Source: Phycisphaerae bacterium (GTDB lineage Bacteria; Planctomycetota; Phycisphaerae; UBA1845; Fen-1342). From it: a stretch of 64,000 nt of DNA. A program made the translations under genes and the position numbers. A model generated the notes under the pieces. The model did not search any database. It saw nothing but the letters and a program-made list of their open reading frames with translations, and had not been told where the DNA came from. This document shows, one piece after another, positions 57,558 to 64,000 of this stretch. The DNA is taken from the NCBI GenBank assembly GCA_050115495.1, contig JASFQK010000009.1:97163-161162 (forward strand), given 5' to 3'. Each line of letters starts with the position of its first letter. Positions within the stretch are counted from its first letter, which is position 1.

Positions 57558-59159
57558 TTACGGCTCGACGAGCAGGCCAACGAACGGCGAGATGTCGAAG
57601 TTGTTCACCACACCGTCGCCGTTGCAGTCGCCGTTGAGGATATCGCACTCCGGATACGCCGCCGCGTACGCCACCGGATCCGTCACCGCCAGCACGAACG
57701 GCGAGATGTCGAAGTTGTTCACGACGCCGTCGCAGTTCATGTCGCCGTGTGTGTCCTGCACGAGCCACGCGGCCCAGATGCCCTGGTCGACGAAGTCACT
57801 GTCGCGCGCCTCGTAGACGAGCAGCACGCGTTCACCATTTCCCCCACACTCCTGGCGATCCGCCGTCCAGTCGCCCGCGACATCCAGTTCGCCGTCCCAG
57901 TCGGAACCGTCGTGATACGCCGACGTGAACACGCGGTCGGGGTTGTTCAGGGAAGCCACCGCTTCACCGGCCCCGAAGGTCGCCAGGCGCACGGAGCTGA
58001 CTGACTCGGCGTCGATAGGCAGCGACTGCGGCGCTTCCCAACCGGTGCCGTTGCGGTACGTCACCGAATACACGCCGTGCGTGCCATTCACATACGCGGG
58101 CGTTATGCCGGTGACGTCACCGGCGGCGTTGACCGTTGCGTTGCCCCAGTACTCCATGCCAGTCGCGCAATCGACCTGGAGCAGGTACGTGGGGGACTGC
58201 CACACGCCCTGGTCGGTGCGGCTGGCGCACAACCAGGTCACGCCGCTCTCCTCCTTCTCGAAGAAGACCGTGGCCTCGCCGGCCTCGTCGACGACGCCGC
58301 GCAGGAAAGCCACGCCATTGCCGAAGGCGCACGTGCAATCGGAGGCGCCCGGCAGGGCCTCACCGGCGCCCCACGCCACACTGCTCGAATTAAAGCGGTG
58401 CGCGTAGAGCTGGTACCCCGTGTAAGGAGTGTCGGCGGTCATGTAAAGCGCGTATAGCGCGGTACCGGAGGGATTCTGGATGATCGTCGCCAGAAGGGAC
58501 GCCTGAGCTCCGATCGTTGACAGCTCGTCCGGGGGGCTGCTCCAGCCCTGGCCGTGCGTGCCGGCCGGGCAGACACTGGTGAACACGCGGGAATCGATCT
58601 CGTGGAGCTCGACGAAGTTCCCGAGCGAATCGGCCCCCATGTTGAGTGATTCAAACCACCTCGTGTAACCGACGAGCTCGATCAGGACGGGCGTCGTCGT
58701 CCAACCAACTCCCACCTCGTAGGAGGTAATCGCCAGGTAGCGATAGTTTATGTCCGGGAGTAACGACGGGAACATCAGGGCCATGTTGCCCTGCGGATCG
58801 ATGGCCACCGTCGCGACCTGCCCGACCGGGGTCCACCAGTAGTAACCAGCCTCGAACTGCACACTGGCCACCTCGGGATCCTGCCAGGTTTCGGTCTGTA
58901 CATCGTATCGCCGGATCACATCGTTGTAGTCGTAGTAACCGGGCATGTACTCATGGAGGCTACCGATGAAAACGAGGGCGTTACCGTCGCTGTCGAACAG
59001 AATCTTGTTCAGGAAGCACTGTTCTCCGGCCAATTGGACCGGCTCGCCCCAGCGGTACGTGTCTACCCCACCATACGAGGGGCTGGCGCACCAGAGTACC
59101 AGTCCGAGGGCACTCAGGCCCAGGACTGCCCTGCCAATGCATTGTGCGGATGTATTCAT
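57558..59159 (-). CDS. Secreted beta-rich (propeller-like) protein with dockerin-like C-terminus
   Basis: Signal peptide; recurring D..G.A..W/RY...W blades; GDMNCDGVVNNFDISPFV twice. Confidence 0.8.
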   Translation of the reverse strand: MNTSAQCIGRAVLGLSALGLVLWCASPSYGGVDTYRWGEPVQLAGEQCFLNKILFDSDGNALVFIGSLHEYMPGYYDYNDVIRRYDVQTETWQDPEVASVQFEAGYYWWTPVGQVATVAIDPQGNMALMFPSLLPDINYRYLAITSYEVGVGWTTTPVLIELVGYTRWFESLNMGADSLGNFVELHEIDSRVFTSVCPAGTHGQGWSSPPDELSTIGAQASLLATIIQNPSGTALYALYMTADTPYTGYQLYAHRFNSSSVAWGAGEALPGASDCTCAFGNGVAFLRGVVDEAGEATVFFEKEESGVTWLCASRTDQGVWQSPTYLLQVDCATGMEYWGNATVNAAGDVTGITPAYVNGTHGVYSVTYRNGTGWEAPQSLPIDAESVSSVRLATFGAGEAVASLNNPDRVFTSAYHDGSDWDGELDVAGDWTADRQECGGNGERVLLVYEARDSDFVDQGIWAAWLVQDTHGDMNCDGVVNNFDISPFVLAVTDPVAYAAAYPECDILNGDCNGDGVVNNFDISPFVGLLVEP

Positions 59160-59246
59160 GATTGCTGTTTCCTTATGCTCAGTTGTTACTGCTCACGTCT
59201 ACTGTTCGCTGTGCCTCGCGGCGTGGCTGTTGTCAGCCAGCCGGGC

Positions 59247-60899
59247 TTAGGGAGCGTCGCGCAACCAGGTAGCCCGCGAGCGGTACTGATCCGGATCAGT
59301 GTAATTGTCATAGAAGAGCACGGCCGTGCCTTGCACGCCGAACCCACCCACGATGCCGGCGACGCTTGCCTCCGGCAACGGCGTCTGCTGGGTTGCCCAC
59401 GACGTGCCGTCGTAGAGCAGCGACATGGCGGCGGCTCCGACTGTGCCTTCGTGCCACGTCACGACCGCTTTGTCGTCTTCGTAGAAGCAAAGCGCAGGCC
59501 TCGTTGCATAGCTCGTGTCGTGGTGAAGCGGAGTCTCCATCGGTTCCCAGCCGCTGCCCGCGCGATAGCGGCACGTGTACAAGTTGATGCCGGCGGAACT
59601 GTCCGGAAACGCGAACGCCGCAAGGACGTCACCGGCGGCGTTGACCGTGATACCAGCGTAGGTGAGGTTCGCCCAGTAGTCCGTGTTCAGGTTCGCCATC
59701 TTCCTGGGCGGCAGCCACGCGCCTTGTTCCATTCGGCTCGCGAAGACCACGTTGTGGTCGTTCCTCGACCGGCACCGCGCCCAGACCACTGCCAAGTCAC
59801 CGGCGTCGTCAACGGCCACGATGACTCCGGCACCAAGTCCAAGCTCGGTGTTGATGCTCCCCGGTATGCACTCTGGTGTGGACCACTGCCCTGTGGCCGA
59901 GTCATAGCGCTGGATGAAAAGGCCCTCCCAGAGACTGCGTTCGGCCTGATACAGCAGCTCAGGCATGTTACGATACAGGATCGAAGCTGCGTAGATCGCG
60001 TAGACCGCCGTGCCCGATGGATTGGCGATCAGGGTCGCCCCACTGGCGTGCTCACGGCACGGGATCGAGAGGGACGTAAGCGTGTCGGCGACCGGGTCGT
60101 AGACCCGGTGCTCTATGCCGGGCGACCCCTCGGCGTGAGCGTAGAAGAGAGTGATCAGCAACTTTCCGGTGTCGTCGACCACAGCCCCGTTGAATTCGAA
60201 ATACTCTCCGTTGACGCCGAGAATCATCTTCTCGGGCAGCCAGCCGACACCCTGCTCATAGCGCCGGATCCAGAGCGACTCGTGATAGCCGCCGTAGTCC
60301 TCCCGTTGACCGAAGACCGTCAGCGTGTCGGCGGAGTCAATGACGACCGCGAACAACCACAGATTGCTCATCACGGCCTGGACGGCACCGAAATCCGTGT
60401 GTCCGTTCGACCGGCGTGCCACAAGGCTCCCGTCTCCCGGGCCGCCAAATAACCACGCATGCTGGAGTCCGCCATCGGTGTTGTTCTCGAGCAGCGCGGC
60501 CAGGGTGTACACCGCGCCGAAGTCCTGGCAGGCATCCCAATACGCGACACCACGCCCGGCAGGACGGGGCCCGCCGTTTGGAGCATGTACAGCGGCGTTG
60601 CCGGCATCCAGCTCCGAGGCGTTGCTGATGCGCACGTCGCCCGCTCGGAGATCAAAGACGCGAGCATTACCACCGACCACGTTAAGCTCGCCGGTTCGTG
60701 TGCCGGCCGGCGCGTCGTACTCCGCGGACTTCGCTTTCCACACGTTCGCGGAGCTGTTGACCGCGTGCACTTCGCCCAGTGCAGAGCTCGTTTCGCGCGC
60801 CGGCTGGGCTGCCGCCGGCACGACCGTGAAGCCCGCCACGGCGAGCATCAGTCCCGCTGCCAGCGCGCACAGAATTCCAGATTGCCTCTTTGAGAACAC
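59247..60899 (-). CDS. Secreted beta-rich protein, paralog of 57558-59159, no dockerin
   Basis: Shared NPSGTA(V/L)YA(I/L)Y and TVNAAGDV motifs; GTG start after GGAGG. Confidence 0.8.
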   Translation of the reverse strand: MFSKRQSGILCALAAGLMLAVAGFTVVPAAAQPARETSSALGEVHAVNSSANVWKAKSAEYDAPAGTRTGELNVVGGNARVFDLRAGDVRISNASELDAGNAAVHAPNGGPRPAGRGVAYWDACQDFGAVYTLAALLENNTDGGLQHAWLFGGPGDGSLVARRSNGHTDFGAVQAVMSNLWLFAVVIDSADTLTVFGQREDYGGYHESLWIRRYEQGVGWLPEKMILGVNGEYFEFNGAVVDDTGKLLITLFYAHAEGSPGIEHRVYDPVADTLTSLSIPCREHASGATLIANPSGTAVYAIYAASILYRNMPELLYQAERSLWEGLFIQRYDSATGQWSTPECIPGSINTELGLGAGVIVAVDDAGDLAVVWARCRSRNDHNVVFASRMEQGAWLPPRKMANLNTDYWANLTYAGITVNAAGDVLAAFAFPDSSAGINLYTCRYRAGSGWEPMETPLHHDTSYATRPALCFYEDDKAVVTWHEGTVGAAAMSLLYDGTSWATQQTPLPEASVAGIVGGFGVQGTAVLFYDNYTDPDQYRSRATWLRDAP

Positions 60900-60980
60900 C
60901 TTCGACCTCCTCTACAACTAGGGGTGCGATTGAGCTGATCCCCGCCCACACGGGTACCCCGCTCACTCCGAAATCACAAC

Positions 60981-62231
60981 TCACCGCATCTCCGGCGCAG
61001 CCGGCAAATCGAGCATCATGGCCACCGTGGTCGGTAGCGGCGGATACTCGATACGAATGCGGTACACATCAAACACATCGCTCTTCAGGCCGACACGCCC
61101 CAGCACGTGGTCGGCCAGGTCCACGTACTGCGGCAACTCCGGCGTACGAATTCCCGACAGCCCCTGCCCCAGGAACTCCACGCGCTCGAACAGGTCGAGC
61201 CGGTCGTCCGCCCGTTGGCCTAGGTGGAACCCCGCGCTCTCCGTCAAATCACTGAAGACCTCGGCCCGCGGGGATACCGGGCCAAACACGTCCCGGTGCA
61301 CGAATTGATCGAGGATGAGCACCTCGCACGGCGTGCGGATACGCGACGCCACCCCCCAATCGTGATTGCTATCCGTGCGATAGCGTCCCGGCATGTTCCA
61401 GAGCACCTCGCCCAGAAGGCAGTTGACCACGGCGCGCTTGCCGACTCCGCCCGCCACCAGCTCGTCGCGAATCACGCGATTCGGCTGGAACACACGCCGC
61501 ACTTCCGACTCCGGATGCGTCGAGAACTTCCGCAGGATCGGCACGCCCGCGGCCGGTTCGTCCTGGTCAGTTGGATCCAGCGGCGTCCGATTCATGGTCG
61601 GCTGATTGCTGCCATCCTCGCTCATCAGGTACGCCGTCTGGATCGGCCACGATACATTCGGCCGAAGCCGGCGCAGTTCCACGAAGCCGCGCACGCTCAG
61701 GAGGTTGAATCGCGATTCGTCCTCCGCCGGAAACACGAACGACGACGCCAACTGCACGCGCGCGTAGACCCCGAATGTGAAGCTGTTCCCCGTAAACGCC
61801 GCCTTTCGATAATCGAGGCAGGAACTGCGGACCTCGCGGCCGGCGCAGCCCGTGGCCAGCATGTCGAGACCCTCGCGGTCCCCGGCGTGCACGCGGACGA
61901 GCCGTTGGAACTCCCGCATCGCGTCTTTGGCCGCGTCGATGACGGCCGGACTGACTTGCCGCGCTGCCGCCGCATCCAGGAACTTTTCGATCGAGCGCTC
62001 GCCGGGCATGTACTGGGCGGCGACGAACGGATCCGTCTCGTAGACCAGCTTCATGATCTGCCAGCCCAGCTTCGCATTGATCGCCAGGGCCTTCGACAGA
62101 TCAACCGCCCGGGCGACATCGGTCGGCAACCCGTTGATTACGGATGCGAAGGCGTCACGCACCGCCGTGACGACGCGCGGCGCCTCCTCCATGAAGTCGT
62201 GGGACCGCTCTGTTGGTTGTGCTTCGGTCAT
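60981..62231 (-). CDS. Hypothetical cytoplasmic protein, possible HTH regulator
   Basis: Long ORF with no signal peptide or TM; ARAVDLSKALAINAKLGWQIMK HTH-like segment. Confidence 0.75.
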   Translation of the reverse strand: MTEAQPTERSHDFMEEAPRVVTAVRDAFASVINGLPTDVARAVDLSKALAINAKLGWQIMKLVYETDPFVAAQYMPGERSIEKFLDAAAARQVSPAVIDAAKDAMREFQRLVRVHAGDREGLDMLATGCAGREVRSSCLDYRKAAFTGNSFTFGVYARVQLASSFVFPAEDESRFNLLSVRGFVELRRLRPNVSWPIQTAYLMSEDGSNQPTMNRTPLDPTDQDEPAAGVPILRKFSTHPESEVRRVFQPNRVIRDELVAGGVGKRAVVNCLLGEVLWNMPGRYRTDSNHDWGVASRIRTPCEVLILDQFVHRDVFGPVSPRAEVFSDLTESAGFHLGQRADDRLDLFERVEFLGQGLSGIRTPELPQYVDLADHVLGRVGLKSDVFDVYRIRIEYPPLPTTVAMMLDLPAAPEMR

Positions 62232-62237
62232 ACACCC

Positions 62238-62267
62238 AGTGTATCGGAAACCACGGGCGGATTTCAA
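62238..62267 (-). promoter_or_regulatory. sigma70 promoter, probably giving a leaderless mRNA
   Basis: TTGAAA-N18-TACACT-N6-ATG(62231); no Shine-Dalgarno. Confidence 0.6.
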
Positions 62268-62628
62268 GAAATATTTGTGGAGTGTTTTATCGAGTGATTG
62301 CCAGTATGATCTCCACAAGGATTTCCGGCGCGTTCCACCACCGCCGATCTCGTCCGGCGCAAGCCCGGATTACGCTCACCGAGACGCTTCTTGGAACAGG
62401 TAACTGTCTCTAACAGAACATGTTATGAATCCACCCCGCAACGAGACGCCATGTCTCCCCCCAACGTCCAGCCGAGACCGGCGTCCAGCCGCCCGCCCCA
62501 ATCTCCCCGCAACGAGCCGGCGCGAAAGACGTAGTTATAGGACCCTTCCTCTCGTACGCCCCCACACAACGCCCACCCTCCCCCGGAAGCGCCACCACGC
62601 CGGCGCGCCGGAACACGGAACGTCTCCC

Positions 62629-62874
62629 GTAGCGGCCGACCTCCGTGTCGGCCGTCTTCCCACGCGCCGCCAGATCCCGACCGTCCTGCAGCGTCCGGGC
62701 TCCGCACCGGATGTAGCGTCGGCCCCCCGTGGCCGACGTCGATCGCCAACGAGCGCTAACTCCGTCAACCGGCCCCGACCGCAATGCCTCGTTGCCTGGT
62801 TGCCCCGTTGCCTCTTTGCCTTCTTCGCCGGTCTCCGTACCGGACGTAGCGCCGGCTCCCTGTGGCCAACGTCG
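62629..62874 (+). repeat. Cluster of three GTAG-REPs and an octamer tract
   Basis: GTAG+palindrome at 62629, 62713, 62846; (GCCTSGTT)-like x5 at 62786-62825. Confidence 0.8.
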
Positions 62875-63309
62875 TATCGGTAGGCCCGCGCGTCCGCGCG
62901 CTCTTCCCTCTGGCTAGCCAGATGGGCTCCTCGGGGATGGCGGCAATAACGTCGAGTGCAAGCGGTTTCTGCACTATGCGTCGATTGCTATGCTCAGGGC
63001 GATAGCTTGGACGACCGGAGTGTGTCGATCCGAGTCCGTGCCGCGAAGGCTTTGCCTGACAATGACAACGCATCTGGCCCTCAGGCGACGACGATTCCGT
63101 CCTTCTGCCGTCGCTGGAACTCACCACCGGTCCGCCACGAACAGCAGTTTCGAAGGACGGCGGTGGGCGACACGCGAAGACCCGTCCAGGTTGTGTAATG
63201 ACGTGCCTCGGCGACCCCACCGCCGCGATGATCCACACTGCGACCGGCAGGTAGTCTCGGCCGGCCGTTTCACTGACAGAGCAAGGGCAACCAGGTGAAG
63301 CGCCGGCCT

Positions 63310-63864
63310 TCACTTGTCGTGCTCCGGTGCTTCATCGGGCAGCCTGGCAACGGCCCTTCGGGCGGTCCAGTACTCGCAGAAGCTGTTCTTCCCGATGAGA
63401 AACACCAGGCGCAAGACAACAGCCGTCATTGCGGCGACTACGGCTGTCTGAACCCCCACCTTCGCTGCAACGTAACCGGCAACACCTGCGATCAGAAGTC
63501 GGCTGCTCCCCCACAGGTCCTTGACCTCCGAGCGATAACGCCGATCCTTCCCGCAGAGAGCCTTGTAGAGTTCATCGGAGACAGCGTCCCTCAGGCGAAC
63601 GAACTGCGAGCTGGAGGCACAAGCCAGACGAGAGTCCTGACGGGGCAGTATCATCTGTCTGGCGGTTCGTTCCGACCCGAAGAACGCGGGGATACTCCGT
63701 GGCGCAAGGTCTCCTGGGGTGCTCGCGGCGCGTGCCAATTCCTCTGAAAGAACACGGATCTCGCGAAGCAGATCCTCCTGCTCGGCACTAAGGGATCCTT
63801 GCGCGGCTGCGCGTGTGATCATCTCCTGCGAGACTGCCCCTTCTGGGTCGATGTCGGCATCCAT
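63310..63864 (-). CDS. Hypothetical protein with hydrophobic C-terminal hairpin
   Basis: GAGG upstream of ATG 63864; LIAGVAGYVAAKVGVQTAVVAAMTAVVLRLVFLIG; start uncertain. Confidence 0.55.
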   Translation of the reverse strand: MDADIDPEGAVSQEMITRAAAQGSLSAEQEDLLREIRVLSEELARAASTPGDLAPRSIPAFFGSERTARQMILPRQDSRLACASSSQFVRLRDAVSDELYKALCGKDRRYRSEVKDLWGSSRLLIAGVAGYVAAKVGVQTAVVAAMTAVVLRLVFLIGKNSFCEYWTARRAVARLPDEAPEHDK

Positions 63865-64000
63865 AACCTCACCCGGAGCTATAACCGAATTTCGTTGATG
63901 GCGGGATGAAAAAAGGCGGCGTACTCTCGGGATCAAGATTGGTTCCGAGCCGCCCACGCTGGGCAGAGGAGTACGCCGATGCACGAGAGTAACGACGCGA

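Noticed and set aside
62410..63313. ORFs 62425-62883, 62410-62784 and 62765-63313
   Set aside because: Largely composed of REP and octamer repeats, no protein-like features

Overview
GC-rich bacterial DNA, inferred to be Planctomycetota/Phycisphaerae from the Ala(-1) prepilin leaders and paired Cys-containing dockerin-like C-termini. Five blocks are visible. (1) 155-13619: an MSHA-like type IV pilus operon whose assembly ATPase has an intact N-terminal PilZ domain in front of a degenerate MshEN motif, plus a divergent stand-alone PilZ gene. (2) 13616-18878: fused ResB-CcsA (cytochrome c maturation system II) and a beta-helix secreted protein. (3) 19050-34514: a HexNAc/fucose glycan-utilisation locus (GH109, nucleotidyltransferase, NahK-like kinase, GH20, SSS symporter, double GH29). 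It is interrupted at its convergence point by three genes of unknown function between REPIN-like palindromic elements. (4) 34712-54186: surface-polysaccharide genes. These comprise amino/formamido-sugar synthesis, an ArnC/GtrB-like GT2, two GT-C-like membrane proteins, and a Wzt-methyltransferase-GT-GT-Wzm ABC pathway with Trp coiled-coil tails. (5) 54312-64000: a tandem HD-GYP gene, then a block of secreted dockerin-like proteins and an unknown, possibly leaderless HTH-like gene, bracketed by ~85-bp REP-containing direct repeats. I saw no rRNA, tRNA, CRISPR array or transposase. All calls come from reading motifs by eye; no database search was run.
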